Shown here one piece after another: positions 23,566 through 36,522 of a DNA stretch of 64,000 nt. This DNA comes from Azolla caroliniana. Lineage: Eukaryota; Plantae; Polypodiophyta. Under the pieces are notes generated by a model. The model saw only the letters and a list, made by a program, of their open reading frames with translations, had not been told where the DNA came from and did no database searches. Numbering within the stretch: the first letter of the stretch is position 1; each line of letters starts with the position of its first letter. The stretch spans positions 15,500,001 through 15,564,000 of the forward strand of contig JBHGNT010000008.1 of assembly GCA_043228905.1 (NCBI GenBank), in the 5' to 3' direction. A program made the position numbers and the translations under genes.

Positions 23566-26500
23566 GTGTTGCTTGAAGAGGACAAGACTTTGTACTTCTT
23601 GAAGGCCGTGGACATAAAGGATAGACGGGAGTTGGGGACTCTTCTCGAAGATGATACCCAAGCAAATGGGCTCGTAGCGGACTGGATCGCGGTGAAGCGG
23701 GCATGCAATAGGCTCGACAAGCGTCGCCAATGGGTTGATGACACCGACTTGACGGGATCGACTACCACGGAGAAAGCAAGACCGGTGAAAGTAGCTGAGC
23801 TGCCAAGACAAAGTAACGTGGAAGAAAAGAAGATTGACGACGACATCATTGAAGAGCTAGCGAAGAAGTTCGAGAAGGTCACGCTAGCCAACATGATTCG
23901 TCGGGGCCCTAAAGGAAAAGAACCCTTTAGATGTGTGTGGTGCGATAGCATGGACCACATGAGAAGGGATTGTGCGAGCCTTCAAGAGGCGATTCGACAA
24001 AATATCGTATACATAGAGGACAACATGATCTGCTCAAGCGAGACTAGAAGACCCCTACGGGTGAATTTCGGAAGAGGAGGAATGAAGAAATCTATGGAGG
24101 TATGCCGATGCGAATCATGTGGATGCGATGCACTATGCTGCGTCGGCCGGAATAAGAGTCGGGAAAGACAAGACTAAAGCTGCTAGAGCGGGAGCAAAGT
24201 TTTGGACTTCCGTTCTCGAATATGAGAAGAAGGGAAAAGTCACATCGAACGAGGTAGAGCTTGCGGACCGAAGCGTGCAAAGCATAACCGGGTGGTCGGA
24301 TCCGGTGGACGACAACACCATACTTGCAGAGGTGATGTGCGACAACCACGAGGTGTTCGTCGAAGAAAATAGAAAGAGAATAGAAGAGCAAGGCCCATCT
24401 AAAAGACATGAAACAAGGAATGCGAAAAAGAAGGACGCTGCGGAGACGAGTCGACCTTTACAATCGGAGGAAGCGAAAAAGGGGAGCCGAGCATACGAGT
24501 TGAAGAAACGGTGCGGCCCGTGAAGGTTGGTGTCGAAGACCCCGCTCGGAGGACAAGGACTATACCTACCTATAAGCTAAGGTCGGACATAGAGCAGACG
24601 ACGGACCTAAAGAAGATTCTCGAAGAACGAGTTCTTGATAGCCACGTAACTTTGTCCTTGAGGGAATTCCTTGGCATTACGAAGAAGGAGTTCCATGACA
24701 CGATCGTGGACCTTGTAAAGAGAAAGAGACAACAATCGGACGAGGAAGAAGAGAAGCCGCAAAAAGCAAAAACGAATGCCATAACGATGGCAAGAGACGA
24801 AATCGATGAAGATATGGTAGACAGCCACTACACTCGACCTCATTGGGCACGAGCGACAACGGAGACGCCGGTGAAGATCGGGGAGAAGAAAGAGACCGTG
24901 GTAGCCTTGATCGACCACGGCTCGGAGATCAACCTCATGTCAACCGACTTCTACAAAAAAGGAAGATGGCCAATCAATACAAACCACGGATGGAAGATTC
25001 GCGCAGCAACAAAGTCTACGGAGGATTTGTACGGAGCTTGTCCCAATGTCAAAGTCACGATCGGGGATGTGGAGATGGATCAACACTTCTTCGTACAAGA
25101 ATCGGCATCGCATCCTGTCATCCTAGGGCAACCTTATATCACATCATCTCGGATGGAGACCAAAGTGTTCGATAATGGAGCAGCCTTTGCACGAATAAAG
25201 AGTCTTAACAACCAAAGATCGGTCCAATTCCTAACGGTGCGAGCCAATCATGAAAGGAATCGAGATAGTCTCGGAGGCGAATCCTCGGATTTTTAGAGCG
25301 GAATATTGAAGCATGGGGCATGAATAGTCCGAGCAATCACAAGACCCCACAAGAAAGAAGAGTGCGTGGATTGCAAGGAGAAGCAACATGTGTCACACCT
25401 AGTGGCGCATGTAAACTAGTACTACCCAACAATAAGCACAAGCGCCGGATACAAGAATTCGAGAAGATGCTGAAAGAAGAGAACATAATAGAAGAAGGAG
25501 AGTTCGTGACTCATATTATGGAAGAAGCCTCATTTAACGACACCATCGGCGAAATCGAGGACGTCGTGGACTTGAGCTATCTTCACAACCAACGCGTGAT
25601 TTCGGTTAACTCCATCAACATGTACGCTATCATCGATGAATACCATCGTGGCATCTCGATGAAGGAAGCTGACATCAACACGAAATATAAAACGGTGGAT
25701 AAGAAGATCAAGCCAGTTGCGGTTCCGCTACCGGAAGATAGCTGGCAAAAGATGAAGGAAGTCGCTAACGATCCAAGCTTAAGAGATCCGAAGAAGATAG
25801 GTCATGTCTTCACCAAAGAGACGAAGGGGAAGCTACGAGTTGGAAAGGAGGATTTCCTTCTCCCTGAAGAGGACCGAATGTTTCGCGATATGCTTGAGAG
25901 ACATGGGAAGGCTTTCGCATTCTTCCCACGAGAAATCGGATGCGCCGACCCAAAGGTTATAGAGCCGATGGTGATCTTCACGGTGCCTCATGTGCCTTGG
26001 AACTTGAAACCGATACCGGTTCCGAGAGCACACCTTCCGAAGCTGATCGAGCTCTTAAAGGAGAAGGTGAGTATGGGAATTCTAGAACTGTCGAATGCTC
26101 CTTATTCCAATAGGTGGTTCACGGTGCCGAAGAAGAATGGATCATTGCGATTCATCCAAGATCTTCAACCCGTCAACAAGGTGACAATTCGAAATGCCGG
26201 AATCGGTCCGAGCGTGGATGAATTTGCCGAAGCGTTTGCAGGCCAGTCCATCTACTCCATTGGCGATCTCTACTCCGGATATGACCAATTCCAATTCGCG
26301 ATCGACAGTCGGGACATTACAACCATGAGGACTCCGATCGGGCTTGTGCGGATGTGTACCTTACCCCAAGGCGCAACGAACTTGGTGGCTCATATGGTGA
26401 ATGCCATGAATAAAGTCTTGAAGGATTGCATTCCGGACATCACGATGCCATTCTTGGATGATATTCCGATAAAAGGATGTTCGGATGAGGAGAAAGATGA

Positions 26501-29500
26501 ATCGAAAGATAAGGAAGGTTGTAGAAAGTTCGTTGCGGATCATATGAAAGATTGCGAGAAGGTGCTTCAAAGGCTCGAAGATGCGAATTTGACATTTTCG
26601 GGAGAAAAATCTGCATTCGGGCAACCAGAGATCTTAGTGGTAGGTCACTTGTGTGGAGCATACGGCCGGAAGCCCTCGCCATCCAAAGTGAACGCAATCC
26701 AAGACATGAAAGAAGAATGCGAAAACCAAACGGAGGTTTGAAGGTTCCTTGGAGCATGCGTGTTTTATCATATATGGATTCCTCACTACGCTCATGTCGC
26801 CGAACCGTTATATGGACTACCAAAGAAAAGAATAAAGTTCGAATGGCGAGACGAGCACACAAAGGCGATGCAAAGATTAAAGAAACTGCTTCTTGAAGCT
26901 CCGGCACTAAGGAAGGCCGACTATGTCGAAGGGAAACCAATTTACGTGATCGTAGATACGAGCCCAATTGGAATCGGGTGAGTCATCAATCAAGAAGGTG
27001 AAGATAATGCGCGATATGCCGTCCGGTTCGGAGCAAAGGTTCTCAACGAACAGCAACAAAGATATGCCCAAGTCAAGCGGGAACTTTGGGATATTGTGTC
27101 GGCAGTGAAGACGGACAAAGATTACCTGATCGGGTCGGAAGTGATAATAGAGATAGATTGTCTCCCAATTCTCGGAATGGTCTCGGGATGTGCGATCCCA
27201 GATCTTGCTATGCTAAGGTGGATCGCCTACATCAAGTCTTTAAACCTAGAGATCCGTCACATTGCAGGGAAGAAGAACGCCATGGCTGACATGCTGTCGA
27301 GGGCAAGATCTTCAAATGGAAGTAACATGGTTTCGGAAGATGAAGATGTCGCCCTCAACTTCTTCAAGATGGCTCGATTTTCGGCGGAAGACCAGGACAC
27401 GCAAACCCTCCACGCCGTCAACGAGAACGAGTACGAAGGAGAGTGGTTACTCATCGGTAGATTCCTAAGAACATTGGCGACAGATGCTTCGTTGACAAAG
27501 GAGGAGGCCCTATGAATCTGAAAGAAACCTTACCGATACTTCTTGAAGGGAGGATTCCTTTGGCGACATCCAAAAAGAAGGACAGGAATACCACGTCGAG
27601 TGGTGGTAAAGAAAGAAGAGCAAGAGACGCTGATGACCGAATTCCACGAGAGTGCTTGGGCAGGTCATAGAGGAACATGGGCGACGTTCGAAAAGTTGAA
27701 GGAGAAGTGCTGGTGGCCAAGCATGTACAAAGATGTACTCCATTTTGTGTCCACATGCGAAACTTGCCAAGTATATTCAAATATACGTCATCGTGATGAG
27801 TTAAAGCCGACATACCCACTCACCATACACTTCAAATGGATGGTGGATCTGGTCTCGATGCCAATGGGAGTGGGACAAATGAAGTACTTAGCGCTGGCAA
27901 GGGAAGACTTGACAAATCAAGTGGACGGACGAGCCTTGACAAATAAGATGACTTCAGCCGTTTGCAAATTTCTACTTGAAGATGTTGTTTGCCGATATGG
28001 ATGTGTAGGGAAGATAGTGGCCGACCGAGGGGAGTTGGACGCGCACGAAGCAACGGAGCTCTTCGAAAGACTAAGAGTGAAGGTCTCCCTCACGACTGCC
28101 TACAATCCGGAAGCAAATGGGAAGATCGAGCGAGGGCATGGACCTATCGTTAAAGCCATCGTACGGGCATGCAACGGTCGAGTCGGGAATTGGCCACGAC
28201 TATTACCCTATGCCTTGTGGTCCGGTAGAACGACACATAGCTTTGTGACAGGGTATATGCTGACGGAGCTTATGTATGGACAAAAGCCGATTATGCCCAT
28301 CGAAAGGACGATCGCCTCATGGGTAGCGATACCGTGGGAGAACGAGATGAGCCAAGAAGAGTTATTAGCGGCGCGGATAAGGAAACTTGAAAGAAGACCT
28401 GAAGATTTAGAAAAAGCGTGAAAGATGATGAAGGCAGCCCGAGTAAAGAACAAGGTTCGGTTCGACAACACGCATCGACTTCATCCCAAGAAGATTGAAG
28501 AAGGGGATTGGGTTTTGGTTTACGACAGCACTCTTGACAATCAACACAGTACAACAAGGAAGTTCGCAAGAAGATGGTTCGGGCCGTATGTGGTGACAAG
28601 TGCCAACGATAATGCCACATACCACCTTGTGGAATTAGACGGATCAAGGTTAGCCGTACCCATTGCGGGAAAAAGAGTAAAGATTTTCAAGAAAAGACAA
28701 GACAAGGATCCTGACCTTGATTACCTCGACGATGAACATAACAGGGCGAATGAAAATGAAGACATGGAGGAATCTAATTGATCATCATAGCCGAAATCTC
28801 ACTTTCTCTCTTCTTGGCACGTACCGGAGGACGTGCGGTTTGGTGGGGGTGGATGTCGTGAAGATTTTCGGCAGTAGTGTGAAAATCCCATAAAACGTAC
28901 GAAATCGAGTATGAATCACATAGTACAATAATTGTGAAGATAACATTTTAAATAAATTTAATATCTAAGTACAAAATGATGGAGGTTTCGAATGCACTTT
29001 ATTACACGAGAAACGGACAACTAAATATCAAGATATGAGGGTATAAAGTTTGTGAAAGGAAAAGAGAAAATTGTGAGATATCCCACATAGGCACGACAAA
29101 TACGGCTCTCATCATATATAAGGTGGAGCAAAAGATATTATCTTTGTGTCTATGTGTGGAGCATAGAGAGTTCAAGGTAACTTGAACTAAGAGTGGAGGT
29201 GGGCTAGCTACTCGTAAAGGGTTTTGGCCAACCAAAACCGGACCGGCAATCCGGCGACATCCGGCGCCAGTGAGACATCAGCATCTGACGGCAATCCGGC
29301 ATCCGGCGACGGCACCGGCATCCGGTAACAGACGGCATCCGGCGAGGCACCGATAACTGACGGCATCCGGCGACGCACCGGTAACCGACGACATCTGACA
29401 AACCGACGTCCGGCGACTAGATAAATAAATATATAAATATATATACATATATACATATACAAGGAGGGCAAGGAAGGATTGGAACCTTGTACCTCCAAGT

Positions 29501-29987
29501 TAGGAATCAATTGGCTTACCATTAAGCCATGCTATTTAGTTGAAAGTATATTTCTATCATTGTACTTTTACATGTAAATTCTCATACATGAGAGCTAAAA
29601 TGAGTGACATGGTTATCATGCACCACATGTAATACATAAGCGCCAAATGGCAAACATGCAATTTATGCATGTCTTGTACCCTCACATACATTATATGCAT
29701 GAGAGCATCTATAAAAGAAGGAAGGGGGAGGAGAAAAAACATGGTTTTTTTTTATTATGAAATTAAGAAGAAGAAATTCATTATCAAATTGATGGTGTAA
29801 CTTGTTTCTTAAATCCAAAGATAAAACTTCAATCAATCTTTCTCAATCGTTTAATCTCAACTTCTCTCTTTCCCAATCTATCATAAGTACTTTCTCGCCA
29901 AAGCTTGTATCGACTTTGAATCCTTCTGGTCCAGAACCCCGGCGGTTCCGCCTCACAATCCGCGTGTAGTGACGGATCTTCACGACA
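23566..29987 (+). mobile_element. Ty3/Gypsy element C (fungal-like lineage), 5'-truncated, with 3' LTR 28854-29987
   Basis: CVWCDSMDHMRRDC, LIDHGSEIN, LQPVNKVT...DLYSGYDQ...PQGATN...FLDDIPIKG, integrase GHRG...CETCQ...VADRGE...NGKIERGH. PPT GGTGGGGGTGGA. LTR ends TGTCGTGAAGA...TCTTCACGACA. Confidence 0.9.
28854..29987 (+). repeat. 3' LTR of Gypsy C (1134 bp)
   Basis: 11-bp terminal inverted repeats. Contains a GGCATCCGGCGA minisatellite (29240-29415) and a tRNA-like module. Confidence 0.85.
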
Positions 29988-32900
29988 CCGCGAGTTCAAA
30001 ATTGACACGGTCGATTTCTATGAAGTCACATAGAGCAAAATGCTTACCAGCCCGTTCTAGCCCTGCCTACCGGATGAAGAGTGAAAAGTCCAATTTGGAC
30101 AATGCAAACTCCATTCAACGTTGTCTCTGCGTGATCTTTGTGTTCCAAGCACATGGGGCATGCTTGATTACGTATACAGACTTCTTGAGTCGGCAAACAA
30201 TCGACGTGTTCATTCTGGACTGAAATCCGGGGGCCGAACCATATATAACTATTCCTCAAGGTCACCTTGCAGTAACGCATTTTTCACATCCATCGGGTGT
30301 AAGAGTCACCCCTTCGCCATTGCCACTGCAAGCAAGAGACAACTGATTTTCATCTTCTCTACCGACGTAAAGGTCTCCTCATAATCGATTCTGTGCTACT
30401 GCGCATAGCCTTTGGCCACCAGACGGGCCTTGTACCAATTGATGGAGCCGTCGACATTGTATTTGACTTTATACACCCATTGACAACCGATCAGCTTCAT
30501 TCCTTTTGGTACATTGACCAAGTCCCATGTCTCATTTTCCATGAGCACGTGCATCTCTTCCTCCATGGCCTTTTGCCAGTTCGGATCCTTAGTTGCTTTG
30601 GCGTAGATCTCCTGGCCCACGCACGACTGCCACCTTCACCATGTACGCATAATGATGCGCCATAGACTCATTATATTCGTATCGAACTATGGGGTGCTTT
30701 TGACGGGTGGATCGGTGCAACTTCTGGTTCACCAATTTCGTGGCCCTCTTGGCTGACTCAGACTTCTCTTCAGAAGATTCAGCTTTGTTCTTTTCGTAGT
30801 CGGATTCGCTCCGATCTGTCTCTTTCCTGCCTGTGTCGTACTCCGACATCTTCTTCTTGGCTTTCTCTTTACATGTGAACCGTCTCCTCGGTTCCTTGCA
30901 CGGGGAGAGCATGGCCGAGTCTTCAGTACTCATTGACTCGTCATCCGGTTGACCGCTTCGGGTCAACCAGTTCGGAGTCAGTCCACTGATCCGGAGGGAA
31001 GTCACACTATTCGGGAGTTTGGATTCCGCTATGCTTCCCTCTGTTCTGGAATCCATTGCTTAGGCCACACACTTGGCTTGCGTTCGGGTGATGAGAAGTA
31101 CCAAGATGCGGATTTGTCGAAAACGACATCACGACTAACTCAAACTTGCTTCAACCGGGGGTTGTAGCACTTGTAACCCTTCTGCTCGTCGGAGTAGCCA
31201 ACCAAGATACACTTCTTGGCTTTGGCATCTAGCTTCTTTTGCTTCTAATCCGGCATATGCATATATGCAATACGGCCGAATACCCAAAGGTGTGCTAAAT
31301 TCGGCTTCCACTCGAAATACAGTTCTTGCAGTGACATCGTGTCCCTGAGGCAGGTATCCAATTCTAAATGTAGACGGTTGTCCGAATTGCTTCGGCTCAT
31401 TAAAACTTGGACATGCTCTTCTCTTCCAGCATCGCCCTTGCCGCTTCTACTAACATCCGATTCCGATGTTCGGCCACGCCGTTTTGCTCTGGCGTGTACT
31501 TGTAGGAGAACTCTCAGCGAATTCCCTTGGTTTGCAGATAACTACTAAACTGCCGAAAAAGTACTCTTCTATGCCATCCGATCTCAAACACTTGATCTTC
31601 CTTCCGGTTTCTCGTTCTACATGATTCTTCAAGTTCCAGAAGCACGAGAAGACTTTGATCTTCTTCTTGATTAAGTAGATCCAGGTGTGACAGCTGAAAT
31701 CCTGTGTGAAGGAGAAGAAATATCGACTCTCGCGGTGCTCAAATTTTGTGTCGGTCCCCACACATTCGAATGGATAAGATCGAGTCGATTCTGGCTCTGA
31801 TTCTTTTCATTGGGGGATGGAAGCCTATGTTGCTTCCCGAGCTTGCAAGCTTCACATATTTGACCTTTCCGGCCACTAAACTTCGGTAGTTCAGAAACAA
31901 CATGTTTCGATTGCATCTCTTGAAGCTTCTGGAAGTTTATGTGTGTGATCCGCTTGTGCCACAAGTCAATGTCCGACTCTTCCTTCCACCCTTTCAAAAA
32001 CATAACGATGCCTACATCATTGGTTTCAAGGATGAACATTCTTCCATCCCAACGCCCTTGTGCGATGATGCGGCCTTCCTCTTGGATGAAGCAACCACAG
32101 TGAGTAAATCGGACATGGATTCTTTGATCCACAATTTGATCGACCGACACCAAGATCTCGGTGATCGGTTGAACATACAAGACATTCTTCATGATTCCCT
32201 TCTGGCCAACATGGCTTAGAGGAACATCCTTGATATGCTCGATGGGATGTAGGGTATCGTCGTCAGTTTTTACCACCCTCGGCTTTTTCGACTTCTCGAT
32301 AATGGAGAACCATTCTTTGTGGTTCGTCATATGGTTGGAAGCTCCGGAGTCCACATACCAAACTTCCTCCGGATTTGAGTCGGATGCAATCATTCTGTTG
32401 GCCTTATTCTTCATTACGAGGGCCGGACGCGAACCAACTCCCTTCGAGGTTCCGGTGTAGTGCGATCGATGACGCCTTTCCGCGTCTTTATGGCTCGGTC
32501 CGGCTTTGTCCGAATCAGCCCTCTTCTTCCAGCACTTGGCTTCTTTGTGGCATTTCTGGCCACAATATCACCAATCCAATGTGGTCTTCCCTTGATGGCT
32601 CTCGGCTTCGCCGCTTTGACTCCTCTTGCATTGCACGCCAATCTGCCTCGACCTCCACGTCTATGGGGCCTATCTTCCTCCGTGTACAACATGTTGTTGT
32701 CGGTGTGCGTGTTCGTTGACACACCCGCGTGGTTCTCCTCTATAAGGAGCATCGACTGTAAGTAGGAAAAGGAAGGCGTATTCTCCCTTGTACATACCGT
32801 CGTCTGGAATGCTCTGAACTTTAATGCCAAACCCCCGAGATAGACCTGCACCATCTCATCTTCCTTGACAATCAAGTTGATAGAGGCAAGTGAGTCACAG

Positions 32901-33373
32901 ATGTCTTTAATCTGGGCCGCATAGTCGGCCACTGACATGTCCTTCTACCGGACATTGCGGAGTTGTATCTTATGGGCCATGGTGCTTGCGGCGAAGACCT
33001 TCTTCAGGTTTCCCCAAGTTTCTTTTGGCGACTTGGTGTCCCGGATATGGCTAAGCAGCTGATCACTGACACTGGACGCGGAGCAGTACATAACCTTACT
33101 TGCCGCTTGTTCCCAAGCATGCAAGTGTTTTTGTGCCGCATCAGGTGTTTTATCATTCGCTTCGTCGACATAGCTCAAGTAGCCATGGCCAAGCAGGTAA
33201 TGGTGCATCTTGTACAACCAAGATGCGTAGTTGGATTTGTTGAGCTTTTCCGTTGGGAGTGAGTTAGCCATTCCTCAGTCCATTCTCTCATTTTTGTTTG
33301 TTTCTTTTACCGGAAATTAGGTTTTCGTCTACCTAACGGTTTCTATGTGTAGCACAGGATTTCTAACCCTAGA

Positions 33374-33385
33374 GCTCTGATACCA
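33374..33385 (-). promoter_or_regulatory. PBS tRNA-iMet (TGGTATCAGAGC)
   Basis: Directly abuts the LTR end at 33386. Confidence 0.9.
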
Positions 33386-33875
33386 TGAAAAGAATTACGT
33401 GCGGAAGCGTAGACAATCGGCTCGTCCGGATAACAATAGAAAGTTACAAACAAATAGAGATGAACACATTCATGTTAACAAGTGGAAGGATCGCGCATTC
33501 CACTTGTAGAATCTTCTTGAAAATAACCAAATATACCCTCTCTACAAAAATTGGATGCACTAGTATCACATGTTCCACAACTTTATTAGAATTTGCAAAT
33601 ATAAAAATACATGATAGGTCTCCGAGTGGAGAACATTAGAAATTCAAATAAGTTTGGATGTGTTGATAAGTTAATGTAGGCATAATAAAGTTCAACAATG
33701 GTAAAATATCTCACTAATGTGCGACATGACAAACACTAAGTTAAAGACTTATATTATTTTGGTAAGTTTTATAAAAATATGAGGTGTACTTGTAACCATA
33801 CTGTTAATGTTAATGTGCGGAAGCGTTTAGACAAAACTGGCTTAGCCGGATAGCGTTTAGACAAAACCGGCCTAA

Positions 33876-35392
33876 ACCTTTTCTCACCAGTTTGCGCTAC
33901 ATTAACTCTCTCCGAATCTTATTCTGCTCGGATGACAACACACTAGATGCCAGCTCAACACCTGGAGTCTTCCTAGTGTCCTCATCTTCAGTTGAGCTTG
34001 ATGAGTCAAAATCCGACATTTTAATGGTCTTCTTTTTTGCTGGTCTCGATTGCACTTTAGATGCCTTTTTTGGGGCCTTCACCGGGGAGTGAGAGGGCTC
34101 CCTTAGAGTTACATGGCCTTGTATATATGTCCTCAAGGTGACAATAAGATTTTGTGAGCTTTGTAGATCTTTTCTAAAAGATTCTTGCCCACAAGATTCC
34201 TTTACAAGTCGATCTTCAGAAAGGTACACTTTACGTACCCCCTTCGAGCACTCTATCATTACAAGAATGTTGGTTGAATCTAAATCTTCATAGTCAAATC
34301 GTAAAATACGGCCATACATAAATGCAGTGTCTTTTTAAAGCTGACGGTCACCGTTCCTTGGAGTTGATGTACTGCATACACCATTCCTTGTCCGTTAGAT
34401 CACGGTCAAAAAGGTCCTCACCATCAATAGCAACTAACATTTTCTTTTGGCTAACTTCATTGGATGGTTGAGATTTTGTCTCCTCATTGAAGAGAAGCTT
34501 TTGTCTCAATTGGAGAGCCCTGAAATCGGAGCTTGATTTTCTTCACAAGTCGGTCCGACAAGTTCTCAAACGACCTATTTAAGAAAGGACGTGCGAAAAT
34601 ATAAGTTAGTTGGTTCCCTAGATTTAACTTACCTATTAAAATACAAAAACTAGCAAGCGACTTGTGTTAAACTCTAAATTTCAATCATATTTTCCATGAA
34701 CATGGTAGACCTTTATTGTGAATTTAAATTTAGTAAGGGCTATTCAACTTGGAAAATTATATATCTTCATAATTTTACAAGGATATGTATCATATTGGAG
34801 GGTATGTATGATCATATTGATTTCATATCCCATATTGTTGAAAATTTTATTATGATAGGTTTGATTTTGGTGCCAAGGTATGGTCACATTGGTATCATAA
34901 ACGTAATTTGTGTGTTATTTTCTATTATTTTAAGCTATTATAGGTCATACAACCTATTTCAAAAGGGCACAAAATTTTACAAAATTTAGCAAATTTTGCT
35001 AAAAATGTTTGAATTGGACATCAATTTGGTATCTTTTCACACATATATCAATAAGTTCCCCCAAACACACAATATTCTTGTTTAAAAAGAGTGTTTTTAT
35101 AGGAACTCGATACGGCGTATCGAGTTCCTATATAAAACCCCCACTTTAAACAGCAACTCGATACGCTGTATCGAGTTCCTGTAATACGCCGTATCGAGTT
35201 CCTGTAAAAAGTGAGGGTTTTATACAGGAACTCGATACGCCGTATCGAGTTCCCCATGATAATAGAGACCTCTAAAAAGGAACTCGATACCCTGTATCGA
35301 TTTCTAGTGATTGAAAAACATATTTAAAAAAAAGTGTGCGTACAATTAGGTGCTTACCTTGTATCTTGGTGCTCACTCTTCTCAGAAGACAT
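33876..35392 (-). pseudogene. 5' part of the ParB-like accessory gene, copy 2
   Basis: Exon 1 MSSEKSEHQDT-R with the same donor and acceptor. ORF 33897-34319 matches the N-part of 7834-8706. ParB-like domain deleted. Confidence 0.7.
35102..35305. repeat. Palindrome array, copy 2 (four full units and one partial 27-bp unit)
   Basis: GGAACTCGATACGGCGTATCGAGTTCC at 35102, then units at 35153, ~35184 (partial), 35227 and 35279. Confidence 0.9.
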
Positions 35393-36522
35393 GATTGTCG
35401 TGATAGATGCTAACGGGGTGATGACAATTGGTGTTACGTGCTCAGGGCTCTGTGTGCTCGTGTGCTTTGTTCTGCGCGTGAGTGATTGCGAAATGAGGGG
35501 GTCTTCCTATTTATAGGGATTGACCACTGTGGTTAAAGTAACCACAATTACTTTAACTATGGTTGGTAAGCTTCAGGTTAGTTAGATCTAAGAGAGAGTT
35601 TCTTTGACCTTAGTACACTTTAGTTAGTACACAATCTTGATTGTACCATTGATTAGGTATTGAAACCAATATAATTATGACTCTCTAATGGGTTTTAATT
35701 AAATGATGTTCATGAATAAATCAATGATTAAATACTCAAAATAACATATTAATGATCATTTATATTTTTTAATTAAATGATGGTCATGAATAAAATAATG
35801 ATTGAATAATCTAACCAAAATATTTATGACTCTCTAATGTGCATTATTAAATATGAAGTTCATGAATGAACCAATGATTGAATACTCACAACAACATTTT
35901 TATGACTCTCTAATGTTTTGTATTAAAGATGGTGGCCATGAATGAACCAATGATTGAAAATGGCTTATATTTAAAATGGTGGGCATGATTTGAACCAATG
36001 ATTAAAAAGTCTTATATTTAAAATGGTGGGCATTAATGAACCAATGATTGAGAAGTTCTATATTAAATATGGGTGCCATAAATGAACCAATGATTTTAAA
36101 TTTAAACCAACGCATATATGGCTTTGTAATGATTGTAAATATATATACAATATGTATATAATATGTTTAGGAGTACTAAGTAGGCCTATATGTGGAGAAT
36201 ATTATTGCCCTAATGATTGCAATTAAACTTGCATATTTTTGCCTCCATATATTTAGTAATATTATACTTAATAGATAAAGTAAATTTAATTTAAATTATA
36301 TATTATAGGATTAATAAGGTATAAAATATAATTGATGGACTTTATACTAACTAATTTAAGTAATTATTAATATGTTGAATAAATTTATTATATTAAAAAT
36401 AATATAGACATTATATTGAGGGAGCTTATGTTTAGAGAGGAGTTTATGTTTAGAGAGGAGCTTATCATTTTTTATATTAGCCCAAGCACATAATTTGAAG
36501 AGCTCTATGTGGACCTTAAGCC

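Noticed and set aside
29464-29534. Functional tRNA gene
   Set aside because: Acceptor and anticodon stems are imperfect and the sequence is embedded in an LTR. Reported only as a tRNA-like module.
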